From Candidatus Altarchaeum sp. (GTDB taxonomy: Archaea > Altiarchaeota > Altiarchaeia > Altiarchaeales > Altiarchaeaceae), in the NCBI GenBank assembly GCA_018260615.1, contig JAGWDQ010000081.1, positions 1 through 49,302 on the forward strand: 49,302 nucleotides of DNA, written 5' to 3'. Shown piece by piece: positions 9,514 to 19,294 of this stretch (the first letter of the stretch is position 1; each line of letters begins with the position of its first letter). Position numbers and translations under genes: made by a program. The notes below the pieces were generated by a model. That model was not told the origin of the DNA. It saw nothing but the letters and a program-made list of their open reading frames with translations, and did no database searches.

Positions 9514-9747
9514 ATATTGAAGAATATTAAATTTAAACAGGAGAAAATTTAAAGGAAATTAAAAGGAAAATTTTGAAAGAAATATATTGTTTTTGCAGTC
9601 AAATTTTGTATTTGGGAGATGAGGGAAATAATAAATTTTCTTATCCTAAAGATTGCTAATAAAGTGTTGAAAACCTAATTTATATTCAAAATTTATCAAA
9701 CCAACTATATCTAAATTTTTAAATTTCATAAATTTTCATAATTTCAA

Positions 9748-12393
9748 ATGGATAAAGACACAAAGAAAGAGGAAACAAAAGAGACAAAGGAAAAAGAGAC
9801 AAAAGCAGTTACAAAAGAAATTATTATAGAAAGAGATGTTGAAAGCGAAGTTAAACGTTCGTATCTTGATTATGCGATGAGTGTCATTGTAGGAAGAGCA
9901 TTGCCTGATGTAAGAGACGGCCTAAAACCGGTTCACAGAAGAATCCTTTACGGAATGCTTGAACTCGGACTGGACTCAAACAAGGCATACAAAAAGTGTG
10001 CCAGAATAGTCGGAGATGTAATGGGTAAATATCACCCTCACGGAGATGCATCCATTTATGATGCACTTGTCCGGATGGCACAGGATTTTTCTTATCGTTA
10101 TCCTCTTGTAGACGGGCAGGGAAATTTCGGTTCGATCGACGGGGATAGCCCGGCCGCGATGCGATACACAGAAGCACGTATCTCAAAAATTTCAGACGAA
10201 ATGCTAAAAGACATAGAAAAAGAGACGGTTGACTTCAGGGAAAATTTTGACGGCACTTTAAAAGAGCCATGTGTAGTTCCGGCGAAATTTCCGAATTTAC
10301 TTATTAACGGCTCAAGCGGGATTGCAGTCGGAATGGCAACAAACATGCCACCTCACAATATCATCGAAATTATTGACGGAACAATTATGCAGATAGACAA
10401 TCCCGGAGTTACTATTGAAGAATTAACAACTGTAATCCATGGTCCTGATTTTCCGACAGGCGGGGAAATTTACGGTAAAAGAGGAATTTTTGCCGCCTAC
10501 ACAACAGGGCGCGGAATAGTAAAAATCAGGGCAAAGACAACAACCGAAGAAAAGAAAGGCAGGAACAGAATCGTTGTTGAAGAAATTCCCTACCAGGTTA
10601 ATAAATCAGTGCTGGTTGAAAATATTGCAAATTTATCCCGCGATAAAAAAATTGACGGAATTGCAGACATAAGAGACGAATCAAACAGGGACGGGATACG
10701 AATAGTAATAGACATGAAGCATAATGCAAACGAAGAAATTTTGCTGAACCAGTTGTTCAAGCACACACAACTTACAACAACATTCGGAATTATAAATTTA
10801 GTTCTGGTAAATGGTGTTCCGAAGGTATTAAATTTAAAGGAACTTATCGGCGAATTTTTAAAACACAGAGAGGATATTGTCCGAAAAAGAGAAGAATACG
10901 AATTAAAAAAGGCGGCGGAAAGAGCCCATATACTTGAGGGTTTCATGGTTGTTCTGTCAAATACTGATGAAATTATAAGGGGCATAAAGTCGGCTGAAAG
11001 TGTTGAGGAAGCGCTCAAATTTTTAACGGAGAAATTTAATTTAGACGAAATTCAGGCGAAGGCGGTCCTGCAGATGAGGTTACAGCAGTTAACAAAATTA
11101 GAACACGGAAAGGTTGAAGATGAGCATAATAAACTTATTGAAGAAATTTCACACCACGAAGAAATTTTGGCGGATGTGGGAAAAATTTATGAAATTATTA
11201 AAAATGAGTTAATAGAAATAAAGAGAAAATACGGTGACAAAAGAAGAACTGCCCTCTTTGACGAAATTTCTGACTTTGAAGATGAGGATTTAATTCCGAA
11301 TACAAATATTGTCCTGACACTTACAAACGGCGGCTATATCAAAAGAGCAACAGAGGACTCATACAAACGACAAAACCGGGGCGGGAAGGGCTCATCAGGA
11401 GTAAAAACAATAGAGACCGACTTTTTGAAAAATTTAGTTAATGCCCAGTCACATGATTATGTGTTGTTATTCACAAATAAAGGAAAGGTCTATTCAATAA
11501 AGGCATATATGATTCCCGAAGCAGGCAGGCAGAGTAAAGGAAAAGCGGCAATAAATTTAATCAATATAGCCGAAGATGAGAAAATTATAAATATACTTCC
11601 GGTATCTTTATTTAGTGAAAATAAATTTTTACTGATGTGTACTGCGAAAGGAATAGTTAAAAAAACAAAAATTTCTGCTTATTCAAAGATAAAAAAGAGC
11701 GGAATTATCGCAATAAGAATCAGGGAAGGCGATGTATTAATAAGTGCCGAGCTCATAGAGCAATACAATCATGTTTTTTTGGTAACAAAGAAGGGCATGT
11801 CCATAAATTTCACCGAGGAAGATGTCAGAGAAGTCGGAAGAAATTCAATAGGTGTAAAAGGAATAAGGCTGAAAGCCGATGATGTTGTTGTAGGTATGAT
11901 TACCGCAAAAGAAGAGGAAATTTCATCAAAGTCGCTGCTGACTGTTACGGAACACGGGTATGGAAAAAGAACCCTGCTTTTAAATTACAGAAAACAAAGA
12001 AGAGGGGGAATCGGAACTAAGGATATTAAAACAGACGAAAGAAACGGGAATGTAATTGATGCAAAAAAAATTACTGCGGAAGAGGAAATTTTACTTTCTT
12101 CATCATCCGGCAAGGTCATAAGGATGCGGGCAGGCGATGTTAGGGAAATTAAGAGAAATACAAAAGGAGTGAAACTTATGGGGATTGAAGAAAAGGAAAA
12201 GATAACTTCGGTTGATGTCATTGCAGCAGGCATGATAAATACGGATGTTGTAAATACGAATACAGACAAACAGGACAAAGATAAAGAACAGACAAATGAG
12301 GAGAATCAGGGAAATCAGGATACGAATCAGGAAAATCAGACAACAAATCAGGATACGGCTCAAAATAAGCAAAGTAAGCTCACGGAGGAGTAA
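9748..12393 (+). CDS. gyrA: DNA gyrase subunit A
   Basis: [24 protein letters not shown] (catalytic Tyr), GyrA box QNRGGKG, beta-pinwheel C-terminal repeats. Confidence 0.97.
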   Translation: MDKDTKKEETKETKEKETKAVTKEIIIERDVESEVKRSYLDYAMSVIVGRALPDVRDGLKPVHRRILYGMLELGLDSNKAYKKCARIVGDVMGKYHPHGDASIYDALVRMAQDFSYRYPLVDGQGNFGSIDGDSPAAMRYTEARISKISDEMLKDIEKETVDFRENFDGTLKEPCVVPAKFPNLLINGSSGIAVGMATNMPPHNIIEIIDGTIMQIDNPGVTIEELTTVIHGPDFPTGGEIYGKRGIFAAYTTGRGIVKIRAKTTTEEKKGRNRIVVEEIPYQVNKSVLVENIANLSRDKKIDGIADIRDESNRDGIRIVIDMKHNANEEILLNQLFKHTQLTTTFGIINLVLVNGVPKVLNLKELIGEFLKHREDIVRKREEYELKKAAERAHILEGFMVVLSNTDEIIRGIKSAESVEEALKFLTEKFNLDEIQAKAVLQMRLQQLTKLEHGKVEDEHNKLIEEISHHEEILADVGKIYEIIKNELIEIKRKYGDKRRTALFDEISDFEDEDLIPNTNIVLTLTNGGYIKRATEDSYKRQNRGGKGSSGVKTIETDFLKNLVNAQSHDYVLLFTNKGKVYSIKAYMIPEAGRQSKGKAAINLINIAEDEKIINILPVSLFSENKFLLMCTAKGIVKKTKISAYSKIKKSGIIAIRIREGDVLISAELIEQYNHVFLVTKKGMSINFTEEDVREVGRNSIGVKGIRLKADDVVVGMITAKEEEISSKSLLTVTEHGYGKRTLLLNYRKQRRGGIGTKDIKTDERNGNVIDAKKITAEEEILLSSSSGKVIRMRAGDVREIKRNTKGVKLMGIEEKEKITSVDVIAAGMINTDVVNTNTDKQDKDKEQTNEENQGNQDTNQENQTTNQDTAQNKQSKLTEE

Positions 12394-12449
12394 AATTTAT
12401 AAGAAAGAATTCAGGAATAAAAATATTGTTAAGTCAGAATAATTTATAA

Positions 12450-12554
12450 ACAATTCAGCCAAATATAACTGGATATTATAAATTTACTGGAAGCGGAGAT
12501 ATAAATTTACTTGATGTCTTTGCTTTAATTGCTCAAATTGTTATCGGAGAATAA
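12450..12554 (+). pseudogene. Orphan 3' stub of a dockerin-like domain (stub A)
   Basis: Translates TIQPNITGYYKFTGSGDINLLDVFALIAQIVIGE*, matching the C-terminus DDINLIDVFTLVDKIVNEG* of ORF 32253-33710; in-frame stop upstream. Confidence 0.75.
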
Positions 12555-12587
12555 TTTTAACAGAAAGAAATAAAATCAAAAACAAAA

Positions 12588-12857
12588 ATGAGATATAAAA
12601 TCATATTAGAAAAGGACGAAGAAGGCGGATATTCGGTGTATGTTCCCGCACTTAAGGGATGTTTTACTCAGGGCGAGACATTTGAAGAGGCAGTTGAAAA
12701 CGCCAGGGAAGCAATTGAAGGTTTCATTGAAACATTGAAGGCACATGATCAGCCAATACCAAAAGATGAAGAATTGGTGTTTACGGAAGTTGCGGTTCCA
12801 ATGCTTTCGGAATACTTGTTAAAAGCAAACGCACAGGCAGTTGAAGCAAATTATTAA
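12588..12857 (+). CDS. hicB: HicB-family antitoxin (UPF0150)
   Basis: GGYSVYVPALKGCFTQGETFEEAVENAREAI signature; no HicA adjacent. Confidence 0.88.
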   Translation: MRYKIILEKDEEGGYSVYVPALKGCFTQGETFEEAVENAREAIEGFIETLKAHDQPIPKDEELVFTEVAVPMLSEYLLKANAQAVEANY

Positions 12858-13166
12858 AATATCACCTTGCTGACGCTCGGAGATTTTACAAAACTTCGTT
12901 TTGAAAAATGGCTAAACGTCCGGTTCTGATAAATATTTAAACGAAAATTTTTCCGAACAAAGAAATCCTGGGTTTTGCAGTTCCTGTCAAAAATTAACAT
13001 CTCTATTTTTATAAATGGCACATAATATTTTATATTGTTTTATATTTAATTTAAAATACATCCAAAATATATTTATTATCAAACAAAATTAATAATAAAA
13101 GTCAAAATGAGCAACATTTGATTTTATAAATTTATACTAATTCTGTTTACTCTTTATTCATTAAAA

Positions 13167-14264
13167 ATGACAAATATAAGGAAAATTGAATTTTTTGACA
13201 GGGAAAAGGAAAGAGGGGAAATCATGCAAATTTTAGAGTCAGAACCGCACTTGATAAACTTTATTTACGGGCCAATAAACAGCGGAAAGACATCTTTAAT
13301 AACAAATTTAATTGAAAATCTGCCTGAAAATTATGTTGTTTTTTATGTGAATTTAAGGAGAAAATCAATTATAAGATATGAGGATTTTATCAGGGTTTTA
13401 TTCGCAATTGAAGAAGGAGGATTCTTAAAAAAAATCAAAAATATTTTTACAAAGGTCTTAAAACATATCACTTCCACAGGAGAAAAGACATTATATAAAT
13501 CCCATGGAATTCCTGTGGATAAGAGTTTGCTTGAAACATTTTTCAAAGAAAAAAGTAATGAAGATGTGTTTAACTATCTTGTAGAATATTTTAAAAACAT
13601 TGCAAAACACAAAACGCCTGTTTTGGTAATTGATGAATTACAGATGATTGGCGATCTTGAGATTAATGGAAAACTGATTTATAAATTGTTTAACTTCTTC
13701 ATTGGCTTAACAAAAGAATTGCATATCTGTCATGTTTTTGCTTTATCATCTGATTCGTTATTTATTGAAAGGGTTTATGCCGAAGCAATGCTCGAAGGAA
13801 GGACAAACTATTTGTTAGTTGATGATTTTGATAAAGAAACCGCGAGAAAATTTTTGGAAAAATATAACTTCGGAGATACAGATATTGCTATTCAGTATTT
13901 TGGCGGGAAGCCGGGGGACTTAATAAAATTACTGGCACAAAATAAAGATATTACAATTTTCATGAAGGAAACGACTGATGAGAAAAAGCGTTTTTTGATA
14001 GACATGCTGGATGAATTATTATATGTAAAACCAAAAATAGAAATAGGAAAGGAGAAAATACCTGTTGAAAGGCACAAAATAATAGATGTGTTAAAGAAGT
14101 TTAAAGATAAAGAAGAAACAGAGGATGTGGAAATAAGCAGACCTGAGAAAATATATCTGGTTAATAGAAACATATTGTTTGTGAATTCAAAGAGCGGAAT
14201 AATAAAACCACAATCAAAAATCATCCTGACCGCGATAAGAGAAATTTTAAAGGAAATAAAATAA
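13167..14264 (+). CDS. Archaeal P-loop ATPase (ATPase_2/AAA-like), copy 1
   Basis: FFDREKE start, Walker A GPINSGKT, Walker B VLVIDELQ. Confidence 0.88.
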   Translation: MTNIRKIEFFDREKERGEIMQILESEPHLINFIYGPINSGKTSLITNLIENLPENYVVFYVNLRRKSIIRYEDFIRVLFAIEEGGFLKKIKNIFTKVLKHITSTGEKTLYKSHGIPVDKSLLETFFKEKSNEDVFNYLVEYFKNIAKHKTPVLVIDELQMIGDLEINGKLIYKLFNFFIGLTKELHICHVFALSSDSLFIERVYAEAMLEGRTNYLLVDDFDKETARKFLEKYNFGDTDIAIQYFGGKPGDLIKLLAQNKDITIFMKETTDEKKRFLIDMLDELLYVKPKIEIGKEKIPVERHKIIDVLKKFKDKEETEDVEISRPEKIYLVNRNILFVNSKSGIIKPQSKIILTAIREILKEIK

Positions 14265-14310
14265 TTTATTTGATGTGTTTGCTTTGATTGATAAGATTGT
14301 TATCGGATGA
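14263..14310 (+). pseudogene. Dockerin-like 3' stub B
   Basis: NLFDVFALIDKIVIG*; followed by taattttaacagaaagaaataaa, the same sequence that follows stub A. Confidence 0.7.
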
Positions 14311-14339
14311 TAATTTTAACAGAAAGAAATAAAGATAAA

Positions 14340-14420
14340 ATGAATACAACCAAAAATTTTGAATACGACATTGAATTTTTTGACAGGGAAAGTAAAATAT
14401 TAAAATTTTGCACATTTTGA
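14340..14420 (+). pseudogene. Truncated 5' fragment of a third ATPase copy
   Basis: MNTTKNFEYDIEFFDRESK matches the IEFFDREK starts of both flanking ATPases; stops after 26 codons. Confidence 0.7.
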
Positions 14421-14484
14421 GATATAAACCGAATTGATAAATCTTTATGCAAAATAACAAATTATAGAATTAAATTTATAGAAC

Positions 14485-15552
14485 ATGAAAGGCATTCAAA
14501 GGACTGAATTTTTTGACAGGGAAAAGGAAAAGGAGGAAATTTTGCACATTTTAAGGCAGGAACCACAAGAGATAAATTTCATTTACGGGCCCATAAACAG
14601 CGGAAAGACATCTTTGATTACAAATCTGATTGAAAATTTACCTGATGATTATGTTGTTTTTTATGTGAATTTAAGGAGAAAATCAATTATAAGATATGAG
14701 GATTTTATCAGGGTTTTATTCGCAATTGAAGAAGGAGGATTCTTAAAAAAAATCAAAAATATTTTTACAAAGGTCTTAAAACATATCACTTCCACAGGAG
14801 AAAAGACATTATATAAATCCCATGGAATTCCTGTGGATAAGAGTTTGCTTGAAACATTTTTCAAAGAAAAAAGTAATGAAGATGTGTTTAACTATCTTGT
14901 AGAATATTTTAAAAACATTGCAAAACACAAAACGCCTGTTTTGGTAATTGACGAATTACAGATGATTGGCGATCTGGAAATTAACGGAAAACTGATTTAT
15001 AAATTGTTTAATTTTTTCATTGGTTTAACGAAAGAACTGCATATCTGCCATGTTTTTGCTTTATCATCTGACTCGCTGTTTATTGAGAAGGTCTATAACG
15101 AAGCAATACTTAAGGAAAGATGCCGATATGTCCTTGTAGACGAATTTGATGAAAAAACAACCTTGAAATTTTTAGAAAAATATAAAGTTGGTGAGGATGA
15201 GCAGGACTTGGCGCGGAATTGTTTAGGGGGAAAACCCGGAATGTTGACTTCTTTCATAAATACGAGCAACAGGAAGGACTTTGTTGAGGATGTGCTTACA
15301 AAAAGAAAGGGCGATATTGAAGAACTCATATTTTCACTTGAGGATAAAAACACAGCGATGTTTGAAAAAATAATAAATGTGTTTAAAAATTTCATAAATG
15401 CGGAATCCGTAAAATACAAATATATTACAGATGAAATTCTCCTTTTGGTCGGTGAAAATATCATCTTTGTAGATCCATATAAGAAAATAATGAGGATGCA
15501 GTCAAAAACAGATTTGCTCGCAGTAAGAGAAATTTTAAAGGAACTCAAATAA
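14485..15552 (+). CDS. Archaeal P-loop ATPase (ATPase_2/AAA-like), copy 2
   Basis: Same Walker motifs; central ~145 aa identical to copy 1, C-terminus divergent. Confidence 0.88.
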   Translation: MKGIQRTEFFDREKEKEEILHILRQEPQEINFIYGPINSGKTSLITNLIENLPDDYVVFYVNLRRKSIIRYEDFIRVLFAIEEGGFLKKIKNIFTKVLKHITSTGEKTLYKSHGIPVDKSLLETFFKEKSNEDVFNYLVEYFKNIAKHKTPVLVIDELQMIGDLEINGKLIYKLFNFFIGLTKELHICHVFALSSDSLFIEKVYNEAILKERCRYVLVDEFDEKTTLKFLEKYKVGEDEQDLARNCLGGKPGMLTSFINTSNRKDFVEDVLTKRKGDIEELIFSLEDKNTAMFEKIINVFKNFINAESVKYKYITDEILLLVGENIIFVDPYKKIMRMQSKTDLLAVREILKELK

Positions 15553-15565
15553 CTTTATTGTGAAG

Positions 15566-15721
15566 GTAAAGAGAAGACATCTTTGGTGACTTGAAATGTC
15601 TGAATATTTGAGCGGGGAGAAAAATTTGAAATCTCCTTTATATAATAATTCGGACAACAACAACGGGATAAATTTACCTGATGTCTTTGCTTTAATTGCT
15701 CATATTGTTATTGAAGGATAG
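15566..15721 (+). pseudogene. Dockerin-like 3' stub C
   Basis: 15596-15721 reads MSEYLSGEKNLKSPLYNNSDNNNGINLPDVFALIAHIVIEG*, closely matching EMLEYLSGEKNLKYPQYCNLDNNDDINLIDVFTLVDKIVNEG; frameshifted upstream. Confidence 0.85.
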
Positions 15722-15803
15722 ATTTAAATATTAAAAAATTCGGGAATTACGGTTAAATTTTCACTGGACTGAATAGTTACGAAAAATTTTAAAATTTAAT
15801 TGT

Positions 15804-15866
15804 TCCGCCAGACATTTTTACTAAGGAGGTAGTAGGGTTGCTTTTTTATAAGACCTGTCTGGCGGA
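15804..15866. repeat. GC-rich 11-bp perfect inverted repeat with 41-nt loop
   Basis: tccgccagaca (15804-15814) / tgtctggcgga (15856-15866); loop contains taaggaggt. Confidence 0.85.
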
Positions 15867-15878
15867 TAATTGATTTCG

Positions 15879-16034
15879 CTAAAAGTGACTTTTTCTTATG
15901 CCAATCGCTTTGTCAGGATACATTAATTTGGCACTTGTTATTAATTCATCAAGATTGCCTCCTTTTGATATTATGGCTCCGCTTACCCATATTTCAAATT
16001 CCATATTTGCCTGTTGATTTACCGCTTCGTCCAT
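15879..16034 (-). CDS. 51-aa small protein, paralog of 16075-16284 (not in ORF track)
   Basis: MDEAVNQQANMEFEIWVSGAIISKGGNLDELITSAKLMYPDKAIGIRKSHF; shares the leader and start with the upstream ORF. Confidence 0.7.
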   Translation of the reverse strand: MDEAVNQQANMEFEIWVSGAIISKGGNLDELITSAKLMYPDKAIGIRKSHF

Positions 16035-16074
16035 TTTTGCATATTTAAAATTTTTTTAAAAATTTAGCCAAAAT

Positions 16075-16284
16075 TTATTTTGGATTATTTTTTAAAGTTT
16101 TATATAATCCGTCAGGCGAATATTTTATAATAAGTGCGCTATGGGGATACATCCGTTTGGCGTCATCCAGTAATTCATCAATATTGTTTCCCTTTAATAT
16201 TAGTGTGGTTATTTGTGCTTCATGTGCTTCATTTACCCATATTTCATATTCCTCATTTGTCTGTTGATTTACCTTTTCGTCCAT
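16075..16284 (-). CDS. 69-aa small protein, weakly DUF5678-like
   Basis: ILKGNNIDELLDDAKRMYP resembles the G..EEL...A...YP motif of the small proteins at 30562 and 31464. Confidence 0.65.
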   Translation of the reverse strand: MDEKVNQQTNEEYEIWVNEAHEAQITTLILKGNNIDELLDDAKRMYPHSALIIKYSPDGLYKTLKNNPK

Positions 16285-16324
16285 TTTTGCATATTTAAAA
16301 TTTTTTTAAAAATTTATCTGAAAT

Positions 16325-17083
16325 TTATTTTTTAATTTTGTCATCAGGTATCTGATAATACACCTTTTTATCGCGGATAATTTTTTCAAGCTCATTCTTT
16401 CTGTAAAGTATATTCAGTCGCGCACTTGCCGCATTTTTTCCCTTATATTTAAATACCTTCCGCACATCATCGGCACATGCAATACCTTTCTCTTTTATAA
16501 AATTTAATATTTGTTTATCCGTGGTTGTGAGATTTTCCGCTTTTTTTGAGTGTTCAATAAGTCCTTCAATTCCATCTATCCTCTCATTCAGCACATTTTC
16601 AAATTTTTCCAGCCGTTCAATGAGCATTTCAGATTTTTCATTAGTATCTTTAGTTATTGCATGCGAACCTTGTGCTAAATTTTTCGTCTCGTTTATTTTT
16701 TGAAGCATATCAATCACAAAAGAAGTATTATTTAAAAATTTTCCATCATGATTTGTGTTTATATTTGACTTTATATATGCTTCTATATTTTTCATCACTT
16801 CATTTCTTACTTCCAAAAACATTTTATTTCTTTCATCTGCCATGACATCTTTTACGAACTTTTCAAGAGCACTCGCGAATGTTTCAATGGCAAGTTCCCT
16901 GCTTTCAGTGGAATCATCAGAACCAATAATCGCATCATAAATAAGTTTTACAAAATATTTCTTTCTGTGGTTGCTTTTATTGCATTTATTACTTTCATTA
17001 CTATCATTATCCTTATTACCTTCATTTGCTTTTTCTTTTCCGGAAGAAAAATTTATATCCAAATCACGATTAATGGCGTCCAT
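16325..17083 (-). CDS. Coiled-coil protein with C-terminal winged HTH
   Basis: DKQILNFIKEKG..CADDVRKVFKYKGKNAASARLNILYRKNELEK...KVYY; helical heptad-like middle. Confidence 0.7.
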   Translation of the reverse strand: MDAINRDLDINFSSGKEKANEGNKDNDSNESNKCNKSNHRKKYFVKLIYDAIIGSDDSTESRELAIETFASALEKFVKDVMADERNKMFLEVRNEVMKNIEAYIKSNINTNHDGKFLNNTSFVIDMLQKINETKNLAQGSHAITKDTNEKSEMLIERLEKFENVLNERIDGIEGLIEHSKKAENLTTTDKQILNFIKEKGIACADDVRKVFKYKGKNAASARLNILYRKNELEKIIRDKKVYYQIPDDKIKK

Positions 17084-17323
17084 TTTGTAGGGAGTTTATG
17101 ATTTTTATGATTTTTGACTGGAATGAAAAATTTAATCGGAGTTATTTAATTAATAATAAAAGTATAAGTATTTAAAATAATTTGATTAGCATGATATAAT
17201 TATGATTTATAAGATTATAATTAAAATAAAAATAAAATAAAAGAATAAAAAAGAATGAAAAGAAATTTAAATTTATTCCGTTGAGAAATTTAATTCATTG
17301 GATGAAAATCAATATCTCTTAAA

Positions 17324-17578
17324 ATGTTGTGGTCAATTGTTACAATATCAGAGAACAATCTATCTGATAAGGACAAGGATTTAATAGCGGATTTGGTGGA
17401 TGCTGAGTGCCATAACGCAACAGAAAAATGCGGGTTTATATTGCATGATATCCTGGAAACACAAAATTCTTCCGAAGCGATAATTGAAGGCAAAAAATGT
17501 GCTGCTGAAAATATTGTCAATGTGTTAAAGAGCAACACTGATTATGAAGTTACTTATAAAAAGATTAAGAAAAGATGA
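17324..17578 (+). CDS. Hypothetical 84-aa protein
   Basis: ORF with protein-like composition inside the direct-repeat-bounded segment; no family recognised. Confidence 0.5.
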   Translation: MLWSIVTISENNLSDKDKDLIADLVDAECHNATEKCGFILHDILETQNSSEAIIEGKKCAAENIVNVLKSNTDYEVTYKKIKKR

Positions 17579-17640
17579 GTTTAAGTTAGAACAAATCTTT
17601 TTATCAGAATGCAAAAAATTGATATTTATAAAAAAATCAG

Positions 17641-17741
17641 GTAACTACTCACGGGGTAGGAAATTTACCTGTAAAAATTTCAAAAAAAATACAAAAAATC
17701 AAAAATTTACCTGTAATTTTTTAAGATGGGTGAGTAGTTAC
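17641..17741. repeat. 101-bp element with 12-bp perfect terminal inverted repeats (MITE-like)
   Basis: gtaactactcac / gtgagtagttac; internal direct repeat aaatttacctgtaa at 17661 and 17703. Confidence 0.7.
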
Positions 17742-17756
17742 AAAATCAGAAGAATA

Positions 17757-17826
17757 CTCACACAAAGCCACAAAGTCACCAGGTTACAGAATATAACTCC
17801 TTTGTGTCTCTGTGTCTTGGTGTGAG
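17757..17826. repeat. REP-like imperfect hairpin built of cacaaag units
   Basis: ctcacacaaagccacaaagtcaccagg pairs imperfectly with cctttgtgtctctgtgtcttggtgtgag. Confidence 0.7.
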
Positions 17827-17921
17827 GGACCAAAAATAAAACGAACTTTCCTGTACGATAAAAAAAAAGAATGAAAAGAAATTTAAATTTATTAAAAAGT
17901 TATTAATCGTTTACTTTTAAA

Positions 17922-19118
17922 ATGGAAAAATATATGCAATGTATTGATTGCAAAGAGAGGTATGAGGAACAGCCGATATGCAGGTGCAAAAAATGTAACG
18001 GATTGCTGGAAATAAAATTTGAATTAAGTGCGGGTGACTTTGACCTGAAAAAAGCAAGAAAACAACGACTTAATTTATGGAGATATGCGGAATTAATTCC
18101 CGCAAAAAGGAATGTATCTTTAAATGAAGGTGGAACTCCTCTTTACGAATGCAAAAATTTAAGCGAGGACTTAAAGGTAAAGTTGTTTGTTAAAAATGAA
18201 GGTGCAAATCCTACGGGAAGTTTTAAAGACAGAGGTATGACTGTCGGCGTTTCCAAAGCAGTTGAATTCGGAAAGAAAATTACAACCTGCGCATCAACGG
18301 GAAATACATCGGCAAGTTTGGCTGCATATTCCGCAAGAGGAAATTTAAAATGTGTTGTCTTTATTCCTTCGGGAAAGATCGCTTACGGGAAATTAGCACA
18401 GGCACTGGTTTTCGGAGCAAAGGTTATATCAATTGAGGGAAATTTTGATAAGGCACTTGAAATTGTGTTTAAAATAAGCGACGGTGAAGGGATATATCTG
18501 CTTAATTCTATAAATCCTTATCGTTTGGAAGGACAAAAAACGCTCGGATTTGAAATTTTTGACGAATTAAATCATACTCCTGATAGAGTAATTTTGCCGG
18601 TCGGAAACGCTGGAAATATATCTGCGATATGGAAGGGATTTAAGGAATTTTACGAGCTGGGAATTGCCAGTGAAAAGCCGAAAATGACTGGTATTCAGGC
18701 GGAAAAAGCAATGCCAATAGTGAATATGTTTAAAAATAAGAGTGATTTTGTTCCCGAAAAGAATCCGGAAACAATCGCAACGGCAATAAGAATAGGAAAT
18801 CCCGTGAGCTGGAAGAAAGCAATTAATGCGGTTTATGAATCAAACGGATATATGGAATCGGTAAGCGACGAAGAAATTTTAAAGGCACAAAAATTATTAG
18901 CAAGGAAAGAAGGTATATTTGTTGAGCCGGCATCTGCATCATCAATTGCCGGACTGCTCAAATTAATTGATGAAGGAATTATTGATAAAGGCGAAGAAGT
19001 TGTATGTATCACGACAGGAAACGGATTGAAAGACCCGAATACAGTGGTTGATTCCTGCAAAAATGAAATAATTTATGCAAAGGAAGAAGAGATTGAAAAT
19101 TTAATAAAGAAAATTTAA
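17922..19118 (+). CDS. thrC: Threonine synthase
   Basis: KNEGANPTGSFKDRG (PLP Lys), CASTGNTSAS, PVGNAGNI, VEPASA; N-terminal zinc ribbon. Confidence 0.95.
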   Translation: MEKYMQCIDCKERYEEQPICRCKKCNGLLEIKFELSAGDFDLKKARKQRLNLWRYAELIPAKRNVSLNEGGTPLYECKNLSEDLKVKLFVKNEGANPTGSFKDRGMTVGVSKAVEFGKKITTCASTGNTSASLAAYSARGNLKCVVFIPSGKIAYGKLAQALVFGAKVISIEGNFDKALEIVFKISDGEGIYLLNSINPYRLEGQKTLGFEIFDELNHTPDRVILPVGNAGNISAIWKGFKEFYELGIASEKPKMTGIQAEKAMPIVNMFKNKSDFVPEKNPETIATAIRIGNPVSWKKAINAVYESNGYMESVSDEEILKAQKLLARKEGIFVEPASASSIAGLLKLIDEGIIDKGEEVVCITTGNGLKDPNTVVDSCKNEIIYAKEEEIENLIKKI

Positions 19119-19294
19119 ATAGGTGAAATTTTGAAAAATTTAATTAAAAAGCGGCAAAACATATAAACAACTGAGAAATTACACCTAAATTTAAAAAAAT
19201 TGCAGATATAGAAGAGGATGTATTTAATTATCTTAACTCATGTTTTTGAACCATTAAATTTAATTTCCGCATGATTTTAATTAACAATTCTTTT

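Larger units (their letters stand above)
17247..17893. repeat. 31-bp direct repeats bracketing a ~0.6-kb segment
   Basis: aaaaaagaatgaaaagaaatttaaatttatt at 17247-17277 and 17863-17893. Confidence 0.9.

Noticed and set aside
17544-17825. 93-aa ORF
   Set aside because: Runs through two inverted-repeat elements and has no protein-like motif
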